Source of the DNA: a virus
Lineage: Duplodnaviria; Caudoviricetes
Length of the DNA: 62,441 nucleotides
IMG/VR virus record: IMGVR_UViG_3300036853_000205
Location: 1 to 62,441 of that record
Reading direction: 5' to 3' (one strand)
Shown here piece after piece: positions 18,146 to 27,770 of this stretch (position 1 is its first letter; every line of letters starts with the position of its first letter). The notes beneath the pieces are model-generated. The model ran no database searches, was not told where the DNA came from, and saw only the letters and a program-made list of their open reading frames with translations. Both the position numbers and the translations under genes were made by a program.

Positions 18146-19938
18146 GCCGCTGCCCTCTTTCTACGTAGGTCGCGGACTTCCGCGCCGCCCAGCAACTCGG
18201 CGACAACGCGTGGGTCCTGAACGAGATCGGCGAGCTGTCCGGCGCGCTCGCGCAGCACGGCACGCACACGGGTGTCGATTGTTTTCGACGCGACGATGTC
18301 AATGACTTCGATGGATTCGTGCCCCTCGGCGCCGATGCGGTGCAAGCGGTCCTCGGCCTGCATCGCTTCCACCAAGCTCCACGGACGTTGGAGAAACACG
18401 GCGGTGCGTGCCGCGGTGAGGGTCAATCCGACTCCGCCGGCGCCCGTGGTGACGCAGACCATGTCGAGGTCTCCGCGCTGGAACGTCTCCCGTACTGCTG
18501 TGCGCTCCTTGGGGGTCTGCCCGCCGACGATGTAGCCGACCTTCAACCCCACTGCGGCTGCCGCGTTCCCTGCCAGCACCATCAACTGGCGCGACGGCGC
18601 GAACGCGACCACAGGTTGACCAGGCCGCTCCTCCAGCACCTCCAGCAGAGCATCGACCTTCCAGCTCGGCGCCTTCAGAGTGACCTTCTGGTGCTCCCGT
18701 TCGATGGGCAGACCGGTCATCGGGTCCGCCACGACCTCGGTGGTGATCTCGATGTCGGCGGCGGCACTGGCGAGCTGGGCAAGCCGGGTCAGTTGGGCGA
18801 GCACCGACATGACCGACAGCTCACCGCCGTCGGGTAGCTGCGCGAGCATGTCTTCTTCCAACCCGTCATACGCTTCGCGGTAGCCGGGTGGAAGGTCCAC
18901 GGTCCGCACGGTGTAGACCTTGGGCGGCAGCTCGGCGAGCACGTCCGCTTTGGCGACTCGGCGGTGACGCCCGAGCAGGGTCGTACGAAATTCGGGCTCG
19001 GCGTGCTGGTTGAGGCCGAGCGCGGTGGTGCTGTAGTCGCCGGGACGGTTGAGGCAGTACCGCTGCACCCAGCGTTCCCGCGACGGCCACGCCCCCGGCT
19101 CCAACGCGACCAGGCTCGGCCACAGGTCGGCCGGGCTGTGCGTGATCGGAGTGCCGGACAGGCCGATGAACGTGGAGGCACCACCCGCCAGCCGCCGCAC
19201 CGCCCGAGACTGCGCGCTGGCCTGGTGCTTGAGCATGTGCACCTCGTCCGCGACGACGACGGCCGCGCGCAGTCCGATCAACGGCGACGTGCGGGGGTTG
19301 GTGTCGGGCGCGTCGCGGCGGGCGGTGCCGTAGCTGGTGACGTACACGTCGGCGGTACCAGCAAGGGCTCGCCGCTGCGCGGGACTGCCCCGCCAGGCGC
19401 GCACTCTCCAATGCGGTGCCCATGCTCGGAATTCGTCAATCCACGGGTCGACCACCGACGATGGGGCGATGACGACGGTGGGGTGGACGCGATGCCCGGC
19501 GTGCGCACGTTCCACCAGCCCGAGAACCGTTTCCATGCTCTTGCCGGTGCCGGGTTCATCGAAGATCAGCATGGACCCGGCTTCCCGGATCATGCATGCT
19601 GCTTCAACCTGGTAGCGGCGCGGCACCTTGCCCGGCGGCGGCGGCACGGCGAGCGCGAGCGTGGCAGGGTTGGCGGTGCGACGGCGGACCTGGTCAGCGA
19701 TCCAGGCGGCGAGGCCAGGGCCCGGCCGCCAGTACCGGCCGAATGCCGCCGACAACTGCACCACCCCGGGCCAGGAGGCGGGCATCTCAAGGGCTCCGGG
19801 TGGGGTGGTCGGTTTGCAGTGTGGTGTCAGGACTTGCAGGAGGCGGCTGGCGTCGGCGACTTCCCAGTCCGGGCCGACCGCCATGAGAACGATGTTGCAG
19901 CGGTTGGTGGTCAGCTCCCCCACGACGATCGCTGGCAC
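18142..19938 (-). CDS. SNF2-type SF2 helicase
   Basis: DEPGTGKS, ADEVH, LSGTP, GGVGLTLT, QAEDRLHRIG. Confidence 0.92.
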   Translation of the reverse strand: MPAIVVGELTTNRCNIVLMAVGPDWEVADASRLLQVLTPHCKPTTPPGALEMPASWPGVVQLSAAFGRYWRPGPGLAAWIADQVRRRTANPATLALAVPPPPGKVPRRYQVEAACMIREAGSMLIFDEPGTGKSMETVLGLVERAHAGHRVHPTVVIAPSSVVDPWIDEFRAWAPHWRVRAWRGSPAQRRALAGTADVYVTSYGTARRDAPDTNPRTSPLIGLRAAVVVADEVHMLKHQASAQSRAVRRLAGGASTFIGLSGTPITHSPADLWPSLVALEPGAWPSRERWVQRYCLNRPGDYSTTALGLNQHAEPEFRTTLLGRHRRVAKADVLAELPPKVYTVRTVDLPPGYREAYDGLEEDMLAQLPDGGELSVMSVLAQLTRLAQLASAAADIEITTEVVADPMTGLPIEREHQKVTLKAPSWKVDALLEVLEERPGQPVVAFAPSRQLMVLAGNAAAAVGLKVGYIVGGQTPKERTAVRETFQRGDLDMVCVTTGAGGVGLTLTAARTAVFLQRPWSLVEAMQAEDRLHRIGAEGHESIEVIDIVASKTIDTRVRAVLRERAGQLADLVQDPRVVAELLGGAEVRDLRRKRAAA

Positions 19939-20016
19939 AGGTCCTCCTCTTTCGTGTCTACCGGCGCGTCGGCCGTGGGTTTGCTGCCGAGCAGAATGGT
20001 TGGATGGGCAGGGCTG

Positions 20017-20122
20017 GCCCCCGTGGTGGAATTGGTAGACACACCCGCCTTAAAAGCGGTCCTCGCTTGGGAGTGCGCAATACACGCCCTGGCATGTGCG
20101 GGTTCGAATCCCGCTGGGGGCA
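20017..20122 (+). tRNA. tRNA-Leu(UAA), bldA-type anticodon, 37-nt variable arm
   Basis: GCCCCCG/TGGGGGC-A acceptor, GTGGAATTGGTAGACAC D-arm, loop CTTAAAA, GCGGG-TTCGAAT-CCCGC T-arm; no encoded CCA. Confidence 0.85.
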
Positions 20123-20125
20123 CGA

Positions 20126-20165
20126 GCGCGGTCCGGGCTCTCCAACCGTCGAGCCCGGACCGCGC
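20126..20165. terminator. 15-bp perfect hairpin after tRNA / after SSB stop
   Basis: GCGCGGTCCGGGCTC-N10-GAGCCCGGACCGCGC. Confidence 0.6.
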
Positions 20166-20172
20166 GTTGCCG

Positions 20173-21021
20173 CTAGCTCTGGCCGGTGAGTTGTGCGAGC
20201 AGCGCCGTCTGCTCGGGGCTCAGCTCGACGGGTGGGGCGGCGACCGGCGTGGGCGGCACGGGCGAGGTCGCGTGGGTGGCGGTGTTGGAGGCGTAGACGG
20301 GCGGCGGTGCCGGTTGGTAGTGACCCATCTGCACGTGCGCCATCGCCCCGTTGAGGTTGGTCGGTGCGGGTGCGGGCGGCTGGTAGGCGGGCGCGTCGCT
20401 CAGCGGCGCCGGGGCTGCTGCGGGAGCCGTGTTTTGCGCGCCCTGGGGGCGGCGGTAGCTGACGTGGAACAGCTTCGTCGGGTTCATTCCGGCGCCGCTG
20501 GGTCGCGTTCCGGTCATGGTGATCGTGATGACGGAACCGGCTTCCGGGGGCCCTTCGGGTGCGCCCGCCTCCGCCATCGCGCGCACCAGCTCGTCCCGCG
20601 CGGCACCCTTCACGTACCACTGCGCCAGGCCGTCCGGATACGCCTGGCTCGGCTGCATCTGCAACGGCACCTTCATCACGAACTTCGGGCGCCCGTCCCG
20701 AAAGAACGACGGTCGGCCCTGGGTGTCGGTCTGCTGAGAGATGTCGCCGTTGCCGAGCGGCCGAGTCACGATGCCGGTGTAGCTGGTGTTGGGTGCCTCG
20801 AAGGCCAGGGACTTTCCGCCGCCGGTGCTGGGCTGGCTGTAGAACTGGTCCAGGGTGCCAGGCACGACCGGGGCGGCGGGGGCGGGTTGCTGATACTGCG
20901 GCGGCGGCGGGTAACCCTGGGGCGGCCCGTACTGCGGCGGGGCGGCCGGGTAGGGCTGCGGCGCGTAAGGCTGCTGAGGCTGCTGCGGGTACTGCGGCTG
21001 CTGCGGGTATTGCGGCTGCAT
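20173..21021 (-). CDS. Probable ssDNA-binding protein with Pro/Gln/Tyr-rich tails
   Basis: Central beta-rich OB-like core; position between exonuclease and helicase. Confidence 0.6.
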   Translation of the reverse strand: MQPQYPQQPQYPQQPQQPYAPQPYPAAPPQYGPPQGYPPPPQYQQPAPAAPVVPGTLDQFYSQPSTGGGKSLAFEAPNTSYTGIVTRPLGNGDISQQTDTQGRPSFFRDGRPKFVMKVPLQMQPSQAYPDGLAQWYVKGAARDELVRAMAEAGAPEGPPEAGSVITITMTGTRPSGAGMNPTKLFHVSYRRPQGAQNTAPAAAPAPLSDAPAYQPPAPAPTNLNGAMAHVQMGHYQPAPPPVYASNTATHATSPVPPTPVAAPPVELSPEQTALLAQLTGQS

Positions 21022-21036
21022 GACTGGTTTTCCCTT

Positions 21037-21864
21037 TCAGGGTGTGAGCGGCGGGGTGTCGGGATAGGTGCTTCCAGTGCCGGGACAGCCAGGTCCGCTG
21101 TCCCGGGCAGACTGAGGGCGAAAGAACTCGCAGAAATGACATCCGTCGGCGGTGTCCGCCGGGACGTCCCGCAGTTGTGCAGCGCCGCGCATCAATGCGG
21201 CTGCCCAGTCCTTGCGGGCGTTGAGCTGATGGACGACGTCGTCTAAGAGATCGTCATCAGCCGGGGTGTACGGCCGGTCCCAGACGTACAGCCCGTCCAG
21301 TGAGGCGAGAGTGCGCGGGTAGGCCAGGATCGTGACCCGGGTGACCGGGAGGCCGAGACGCCGGTAGCCCCGTGCGTACAACAGCAGTTGCACCACGTAA
21401 TGCCGCGGTGGTCCGCCGGCCGAGCGGACCTTCGCCATGCTGGTATGGCCGAGGACTTTGTGGTCGCACACCGCCTGCTCCTCGGCGTCGTACAAGTCGG
21501 CGGTGCCGGGGTGCCCGTCAATCGGGGTGACCCGTGCCTCAGGTACCCAGCGGATGCAGCCGATGCGATCGTTCTCCGAGCGGAAAGCCTGCTCCAGCCA
21601 GGCATGTGTGGCGGTGCCGACGATGGAGGGCCAGGGGTCCTGGACGTGGTTGGTGCGCGCGAGCCCGGCGAGCTTCCCGGCGACCTGGCGATCGCAGACG
21701 TGCCCGATCTCTGATGGGCCGAGGTGGTGCTGCAACGACCGGGGGGCCTGCGCGGCGGCGGCGAACACCACCCGCCGGATCTCCGACGCGTACCGCGCAC
21801 CCCACGCCGTGTTGGAGTTGAGTGGTCGCGGTGCGGCCTTCATGAATTCGGCTGGCGTGGTCAC
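21037..21864 (-). CDS. Cas4-like PD-(D/E)xK exonuclease
   Basis: GPSEIGHVCDR, GTATH, GTAD..DHK, QLLLY, CHFC..C. Confidence 0.85.
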   Translation of the reverse strand: MTTPAEFMKAAPRPLNSNTAWGARYASEIRRVVFAAAAQAPRSLQHHLGPSEIGHVCDRQVAGKLAGLARTNHVQDPWPSIVGTATHAWLEQAFRSENDRIGCIRWVPEARVTPIDGHPGTADLYDAEEQAVCDHKVLGHTSMAKVRSAGGPPRHYVVQLLLYARGYRRLGLPVTRVTILAYPRTLASLDGLYVWDRPYTPADDDLLDDVVHQLNARKDWAAALMRGAAQLRDVPADTADGCHFCEFFRPQSARDSGPGCPGTGSTYPDTPPLTP

Positions 21865-22166
21865 GACGACTGCTCCGGCAGCGGCGTGGGCGCGTAGCTC
21901 GTCACCGCGAGCTGGGCTTGAATCATCGCGCGAGCCCGGGTGGCGCAGTCCTCCACTGTGCCCGCGATATGGCTGGGGTCCAGCTCGCAACCGAGGATGT
22001 CGAGACTGAGTGTCAGCGTGAGCTTGTCGTGAGGCCCGAGGGTGACCGCGTGCGGTCTGGGCAGCTCACGCATCGGCTGAACCTCGGTCGACGTGCTGTC
22101 GGGCGTGCGGCGTAGCGGTCGGACAGCCTTAAGCTTGCGGAGGAGCCTCCATGGCCAGATGTTCAT
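21861..22166 (-). CDS. Hypothetical protein
   Basis: Overlap-coupled ORF. Confidence 0.55.
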   Translation of the reverse strand: MNIWPWRLLRKLKAVRPLRRTPDSTSTEVQPMRELPRPHAVTLGPHDKLTLTLSLDILGCELDPSHIAGTVEDCATRARAMIQAQLAVTSYAPTPLPEQSS

Positions 22167-22516
22167 GACTGCCCCCGCCCGGCGACGGCGCGAAGCTCCC
22201 AGTACGTGGCCTGCTTCGCGTACTGCACATAGATGTGAGGTACCTCGGCCTTGAGCCGGGTGGTGTCGAGTCGCCACGACGTCTTCGCGGCCAGCCGCAG
22301 CGGCGCATCGAGGGCCGTTGCGGTGAAGTCGACCTTGTGTGCGCCGGGGGCGGCTTCGCTCAGCGCGAGCTTGAGGGCGGCGGTGATCTCCTCCAGGCGG
22401 CCCTTCGCCGCGTCGGCAGCGGGCTTGGCGATTGCGTACGCTTCCGCGAGCTGTTCCAGCCGGCTGCCTGGCTCTGCCACGACGGCGGCGTGCTCGGGGG
22501 TCAACGGGTCGGTCAT
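22163..22516 (-). CDS. Hypothetical coiled-coil protein of the recombination module
   Basis: Helical N-term; RLDTTRLKAEVPHIY C-term. Confidence 0.65.
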   Translation of the reverse strand: MTDPLTPEHAAVVAEPGSRLEQLAEAYAIAKPAADAAKGRLEEITAALKLALSEAAPGAHKVDFTATALDAPLRLAAKTSWRLDTTRLKAEVPHIYVQYAKQATYWELRAVAGRGQS

Positions 22517-23205
22517 AGTGTGACTCCGGTGGAAAGGTGCGCGGTGCCGAGCCAATGTGTGTAGGCGGGCGGAATGGCTTCAGTCAGTTCTGGTCGGGCG
22601 TCAGTCCAGTCGATGCCCATTGCCTGCTGCATCTCCGTCACGGAAGCCTTACCGCCGCCGTCCCCGTAGGCGGCGACGTACGGGCCCTCGCGCCAGACGC
22701 CGTGGCGCATTCCACGAACGAATCCCCGATGGGCGATGTGGTCGGGTTGTTGCACGGCCCACCCACCCAGCTCGAAGTTGCGGTGCCGCAGAACGCCGAG
22801 GCCGAACATTTCGCCGCACAGCCGCACGTCCTTACGGATCGGGGCCCCGCCGTTCGGCTGCTCGATCACGTAGGGCACGCCCGCCCGCACCAGCAGCCTG
22901 CGCAGCGGGGGCAGTAGTCGGGGGTGGAGCTGGCCGCGCGTCGCGCGGTTGGTGCCCTGGGTGAGCGCGCAGTCGGCCTGGCACGGCGGCGAGGCGTGAA
23001 CCAGCGCGTACCGCTTGACACCTCCCGACTTAATCAGGAGCGACAGCGCTGCCAACGCGTCGACTTGCAGCAGTGGGTACGGGTAGCGCGGCCGGTCGGC
23101 GATGTCGATGCCGGTCACGTCGAAGCCAGCGCGGGCGTACCCGACCGAGGCGCCCCCGGCGCAGCAGAACAAATCGAGCAGGCGCGGCCGGGTGGGTGGG
23201 GTCAC
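22513..23205 (-). CDS. Compact C5-cytosine DNA methyltransferase
   Basis: LLDLFCCAGG (motif I), HASPPCQ (IV), VIEQP (VI variant), RHRNFE (VIII), EAIPPAY (X). Confidence 0.82.
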   Translation of the reverse strand: MTPPTRPRLLDLFCCAGGASVGYARAGFDVTGIDIADRPRYPYPLLQVDALAALSLLIKSGGVKRYALVHASPPCQADCALTQGTNRATRGQLHPRLLPPLRRLLVRAGVPYVIEQPNGGAPIRKDVRLCGEMFGLGVLRHRNFELGGWAVQQPDHIAHRGFVRGMRHGVWREGPYVAAYGDGGGKASVTEMQQAMGIDWTDARPELTEAIPPAYTHWLGTAHLSTGVTL

Positions 23206-23780
23206 TCGACGCCTCGCCGGTGATCAGAGCGGGAGTCGTCCCAGATGATCTGAGCAAGCTCCTCGCCAGCGCGGTCCTCCACCGCTTCGTCGTGGTACGC
23301 AACGCTGACGATCAGGCCGTCACGGGCGAGCTTCGACAGCACCTCGGCGGCTCGTTCCGCGGTGACCCGTCCGTCAACCCAGTCGGCAAAGGCTTGGCCT
23401 GCCTCGATGAAGCTGGCGGGCCCGTCGAAGGGGTCGGGGTCCGGGTCGCCGGGGTCGGGTGTGTCGTCTGGGCGAAGGTCGCCGAGCAGCTTTTCGCCCA
23501 GAGGACACAGCTCGACGGGAAGGTGGCCGAGCGCGGCCAACACGTTCAACGCCACGTCGGGCGTCTCGACCGGCACCAGAGTCACCCGGCAGCGCAACGG
23601 CGACGAGTCGGGGTCAACCCGGGCGATGACCAGGGTGCTGTCAATCGAGTCGAACCGCACGTGGGTTCGGTCGTCGGTGGAGCGAAAGGTGTTCGGGTAT
23701 ACGTCGTGAGCCCAACCGTTGAAGCGTGACCAGCGCATTGCGCGAGCCAGGCTGTTGCGGTGTTCGCGGGCAAGCGGCAT
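23202..23780 (-). CDS. Hypothetical protein
   Basis: GGAGG RBS; first gene of leftward operon. Confidence 0.6.
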   Translation of the reverse strand: MPLAREHRNSLARAMRWSRFNGWAHDVYPNTFRSTDDRTHVRFDSIDSTLVIARVDPDSSPLRCRVTLVPVETPDVALNVLAALGHLPVELCPLGEKLLGDLRPDDTPDPGDPDPDPFDGPASFIEAGQAFADWVDGRVTAERAAEVLSKLARDGLIVSVAYHDEAVEDRAGEELAQIIWDDSRSDHRRGVE

Positions 23781-24360
23781 CGCCGCCTCCAATGGCAGGA
23801 GTCGTTGAAAAGAAGGACGGTTTTGTGCCGGGTACTACTGGCGGCTGAGCGGCATCGGTAAACCCCCGTTGGATCGGTAACTGGGCAGCGCGAAATGATC
23901 GCCGAACAACTTGGGTTTCCCCTCGCGGCTTGTCGGCGAGACGGGTCCAAAGGGCAGTTGGCGATGGTGATTGCGGTGGCTGGTCATTGCAGGCTACGAC
24001 GGTTGGCGGCCGTGTGTGCGAAGAGTCAACGCGGTGAATACGACCGGTTTAGGGCATGGTTGCGGTGCCGTGCCCCGGTCTGCCCCACGCCCAGCCGGGG
24101 TCCGAGCCCGGAAGGTCACCCGTTCGAGTGACAGAAACCCACCCTCAAGCGGTCGAAGCAGGCATGTCGCACGTTCCGTTCAGGTGCGGGGTCGTCGCCG
24201 CGCGTAACTGTGGACGGGGCACCCTCGTTGGGTGCTCGACCGGTCTACGCCTGGACCCGGCGCGGGGGCGACGGCACACTATTGCGAAGAGGGGGTTCGC
24301 CTGCTCCACCCCGGATGGACAAAGATCAATACGAGTCATCAAAACGAATGGGGACGCGTA

Positions 24361-25647
24361 ATGGCTACTCGCAGCACCGACGCAGCAGCTCTCATAGCTC
24401 GATGCAAAAGAGCCGGATGGAAGGTCGAGCACAGGCCGGACGGTGAGCTGCTTACCGCCGTCAACGGTTGGAGCACGATTCTGCACCGCTCATTGTCCGA
24501 CATGAATGCCCTCAAGCAGGCCGAACGCAACATGAAGCGGTACGGCAACCTACTGGAGGACGAGGCAAAGGCCGAAGCCGCCCGGACCAAGCTCAAAGAG
24601 GCGCGAGCAGCCGCCGCGAAGAAGGCCACGGATGACAAGCTTCGCCTGGCCGCCAGCCGACAAACGCTCACCGAGAAGGCGGCCGGTCCGTACGCGGGCC
24701 CAGAGGAGGTGCCGCTGTCGTGGTTCCTCGCCGAGCACCCAGCGCCGTGGATGCGGTGGGTCATCATCACTCCGGAACTCGCCACCGAATTGATGAAACG
24801 CAACACCGACAACCGGCCGATGATCAACAGCACCCGCGAGGACTACGGCCGGATCGTGGAAGCCAACGGGTGGCGCCTCACCCACCAGGGCGGGGCGATG
24901 GACCGGCGCGGCGTTCTGCAAGACGGACAGCACCGGTTCCAAGCGTGCATCGACACAGGCAAACCAATCGTGATGCCGTTCTTTGTCGGCATGGACCCAG
25001 AGAACTTCAAAGCTATCGATGAAGGCCGCAACCGGCGAGCCGCTGACCTGTTCGGCAAAGATGGAGAGGTCGACGTTACTTTGCTGTCTGCGACGGTGCG
25101 CCTGGTGCTCGCGTATCGAGAGCCGTACCCCCGGGCCTTCCTGCGACGCAAGATGACCAATGCGACCATCTACGACGCATTCAAGGGTGACCCGGACCGG
25201 CTGGCCACGGCCGTGCGATGGGGCCGCAAGAACTACCAACGGGCCCATGTGGTCGGTGCGGCAATCAGCGCTGCGCGCTATCTGATGCTGGAGGCCAACG
25301 GCCCGGACAATCAATACGTCCACGCGTTCTTCGAGGGCCTGGCCCATGGCTGCAAGCCGAACAGGATGCTGCTGGACATGGACGACCCCCGTGCGTTGGC
25401 CCGCACCGTCATGGAGAACCGGCGCGGCCGAGGCAAGCGCTTCAATTCCATTGAGCAGGTTGGCATTCTGATCACCGCCTGGAACCAACTCGTGGCCGGC
25501 CGGCGGGGCGGCAGTTACCTCCGGTGGGCGGAGACGCAGCAGGACATCCCGTCGATCACCGTCTGCGTGGACAAGGGCCACAACGCCAGCGCACCACCCG
25601 AATTCCTGCGCGGAGAGTTCGTTCCAGAAGAGAGCGACCAGCGGTGA
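24361..25647 (+). CDS. HicA-like N-terminal domain + coiled coil + ParB-like (DGQHR) domain protein
   Basis: LIARCKRAGWKVE..HRSLSD..RNMKRYG; ITPELA..NTDNRP..LQDGQHR..IDEGRNR. Confidence 0.72.
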   Translation: MATRSTDAAALIARCKRAGWKVEHRPDGELLTAVNGWSTILHRSLSDMNALKQAERNMKRYGNLLEDEAKAEAARTKLKEARAAAAKKATDDKLRLAASRQTLTEKAAGPYAGPEEVPLSWFLAEHPAPWMRWVIITPELATELMKRNTDNRPMINSTREDYGRIVEANGWRLTHQGGAMDRRGVLQDGQHRFQACIDTGKPIVMPFFVGMDPENFKAIDEGRNRRAADLFGKDGEVDVTLLSATVRLVLAYREPYPRAFLRRKMTNATIYDAFKGDPDRLATAVRWGRKNYQRAHVVGAAISAARYLMLEANGPDNQYVHAFFEGLAHGCKPNRMLLDMDDPRALARTVMENRRGRGKRFNSIEQVGILITAWNQLVAGRRGGSYLRWAETQQDIPSITVCVDKGHNASAPPEFLRGEFVPEESDQR

Positions 25648-26225
25648 CCGACGCGACGAACGATCAGGAGCCCGACGGAATTTGGGTCACAACCGACCTG
25701 AACCTTGACGGGACCTCCACGTACACCGTGACTGTCTCCGTGAACGCCGACCTCGCGCTGTCCTTGCAGGCAGACAAAGCGGTGCGCTACGTCGCAGCGG
25801 TGTACCGGGCGGCGGTCATCGCGCAACACGACTCCGCCGTGATTCAGCAGCTCAGCGGCAGGCTCGGACTGGACAAGAGCACGGCAGCGTCAACGGTCGT
25901 GGACCTGCGCCAAGATCGGGAACCGGTGCAGAATGCCGCGACCGTGCCGCTGCGCTTTGAGCCGATCGTCTCGGGCAGTACCTTGCGGCCGTACGTACAC
26001 GTCTGGGCGGGCAAGCAGCACATCACACAGTGGACACCGGAAGACTGCTTTCAGCACGCGAGTCAAGTGATGCAGGTCCTCGCGGGTGTGGACCTGGACT
26101 CCGCGTACTGCCGGTATCTCACAAACAAGATCGGCGTCGACGCCGCAACCGCCAGGGCTGCCGTACATGACCTCGGCAGCTATGCCACGGGTCTGCGCGA
26201 CGACAAGCCCCGGGAGGCCCCGTGA
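25644..26225 (+). CDS. Hypothetical protein
   Basis: GTGA overlap. Confidence 0.65.
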   Translation: MTDATNDQEPDGIWVTTDLNLDGTSTYTVTVSVNADLALSLQADKAVRYVAAVYRAAVIAQHDSAVIQQLSGRLGLDKSTAASTVVDLRQDREPVQNAATVPLRFEPIVSGSTLRPYVHVWAGKQHITQWTPEDCFQHASQVMQVLAGVDLDSAYCRYLTNKIGVDAATARAAVHDLGSYATGLRDDKPREAP

Positions 26226-26289
26226 TCAAGGCCCGAGCCGCAGTCGTCGGCAAACCCTGTGTCGTCATCGCTAACCCGAGGGAGGCCAC

Positions 26290-26610
26290 GTGACTGAGCC
26301 CACGGACGCCGAAGTGGCGACGGAGCTGGAGGCGCAGGTGCGTGCGTATGCCGACGGGTGGGACAACTACCGGGCACGCCGCGCCAAGCTCGCTCGATTG
26401 TTCGCCATCCCCTACAGCATTCTTGCGCTCGTCACGGGCATAGCTATGGCGAAGGTATTTGATCACGGAATGCGGGCTACGTTCATAACGCTGGCCGTCG
26501 GCTATTCCGGCGCGGTCTTTCTGCCAGTTTTCGAATCGGCGCTGCTGCTGCGAAGCGTCTCGCCACGGGCCGTGAACGGGCGCCGAGACAAGGACGGTGA
26601 AACGCCATGA
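26290..26610 (+). CDS. Membrane protein (2 TM)
   Basis: GGAGG RBS; two hydrophobic segments. Confidence 0.65.
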   Translation: MTEPTDAEVATELEAQVRAYADGWDNYRARRAKLARLFAIPYSILALVTGIAMAKVFDHGMRATFITLAVGYSGAVFLPVFESALLLRSVSPRAVNGRRDKDGETP

Positions 26611-26972
26611 CGACGTCGATCACGTGTCCACGCTGCCATATGACCAGCCATCACCCGAAAGACGTGGAGAACCGCTATTGCGGCAACTGCCACAAGTTCA
26701 TCGATGACCTTGACGTAATCCTGCGTGGAGCAAGCTTCGAGGGAACTGGCCACGAGCACGATTACCTGTCCACCGCCTGTCTGCACGGCCAGCACACCTA
26801 CTGCCAGTCGGACAGCGGCGCTGCCGGAGCCAAGATCCCCGGCAAGTGCAAGTTCTGCCCGGCCCTGTGTAGCTGCGAGTGCCACGGCTGGGAAGAGCCC
26901 CGGCCCGCCGGTCACGCGTGCAGCTCGGCTTGCACCCACACGCGACCAGCCAACGGCGAGATAGCGGCATGA
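26607..26972 (+). CDS. Cys/His-rich Zn-binding protein
   Basis: CPRC..YCGNCH; HDYLSTACLHGQH..C..CKFC..CSCECH. Confidence 0.7.
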   Translation: MTTSITCPRCHMTSHHPKDVENRYCGNCHKFIDDLDVILRGASFEGTGHEHDYLSTACLHGQHTYCQSDSGAAGAKIPGKCKFCPALCSCECHGWEEPRPAGHACSSACTHTRPANGEIAA

Positions 26973-27493
26973 CCATGGCTAACGTTCCGCAGGCCGAGCT
27001 AGCCGCTCAGCAGTGGCACGACGAGAGCGTCCAGGCAGTTGCTGACTACGTGTTCGTCCGGCCCAACGGCAAGCCGTACCGTCCGCGCACCGACAAGCTT
27101 CGTGCGCGCGCCTGGGAAAACCAGGGCGGCCACGACGACGACTCCTGCGGTGTGATCGTCTTTGGCACCCTCAGTGTCGAGGAAGCACAGACGTTCGCGC
27201 GGGAGTCGGCAGCACACTGGTTCGGCGTCGGTACCGTCGCCGAGCCAGTCAGCGGTTGGTGGCGGGACGCCATCGAGCGAGGCGAGCGGCGCTGGGTCGG
27301 AGACGATATCCGGGGTGCTCCCGGCGTCATGTTCACCTGGGAGCCCACGTACGCCGGTCTGGCGCTGGCGACTACCGGTTCGCGTTCGTCGACGGTGAAC
27401 TGCGGCTGCCCGCGACGGTGGTCACCCTCTACGAGATCAGCGGTGAACTGTGGCTGCCCCCGACGGTGGTCACCTACGGAGTCCGGAGGCTGA
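26969..27493 (+). CDS. Hypothetical protein with duplicated C-terminal VNCGCPRRWSP motif
   Basis: ATGA overlap; direct repeat 27393-27426 / 27441-27474. Confidence 0.6.
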   Translation: MTMANVPQAELAAQQWHDESVQAVADYVFVRPNGKPYRPRTDKLRARAWENQGGHDDDSCGVIVFGTLSVEEAQTFARESAAHWFGVGTVAEPVSGWWRDAIERGERRWVGDDIRGAPGVMFTWEPTYAGLALATTGSRSSTVNCGCPRRWSPSTRSAVNCGCPRRWSPTESGG

Positions 27494-27494
27494 G

Positions 27495-27770
27495 ATGACT
27501 CCTCGAAAGACCGCCCGGAAAAAGGCTTCGATGAGTGGGCTAGCCAGGCGCACTTCGGACACTCGACCGAGCGCGGCTGAAATGGCGGCGCAGATGTGGC
27601 ACAAGGAATGGCACAGCGGCCCCGGCTACAGAAAGTGCTGGTGTTGCTGCGTCGCCTGCAAGCACGCCAACCCGCACCACTGCGAGGCTCGCAAGGCTGC
27701 GGTGGCAGACATCGCAGCGCGGATTCGTGACTCGTTCGCAAGCGCACTGCCACCGAAGCCCGAGCAGTAG
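27495..27770 (+). CDS. Hypothetical basic Cys-rich protein
   Basis: GGAGG RBS; CWCCCVAC..H. Confidence 0.6.
   Translation: MTPRKTARKKASMSGLARRTSDTRPSAAEMAAQMWHKEWHSGPGYRKCWCCCVACKHANPHHCEARKAAVADIAARIRDSFASALPPKPEQ

Noticed and set aside
20017-20122. tRNA as attP/integration remnant or intron-containing tRNA
   Set aside because: Integrase is serine-type and 16 kb away with its own attP candidate; extra sequence is in the variable arm, not the anticodon loop
21037-21864. CRISPR-associated cas4
   Set aside because: Solo Cas4-like exonuclease in a recombination module; no cas1/cas2 or array
23835-23987. 50-aa minus-strand ORF in the divergent control region
   Set aside because: No clear RBS or recognisable motif; cannot be supported
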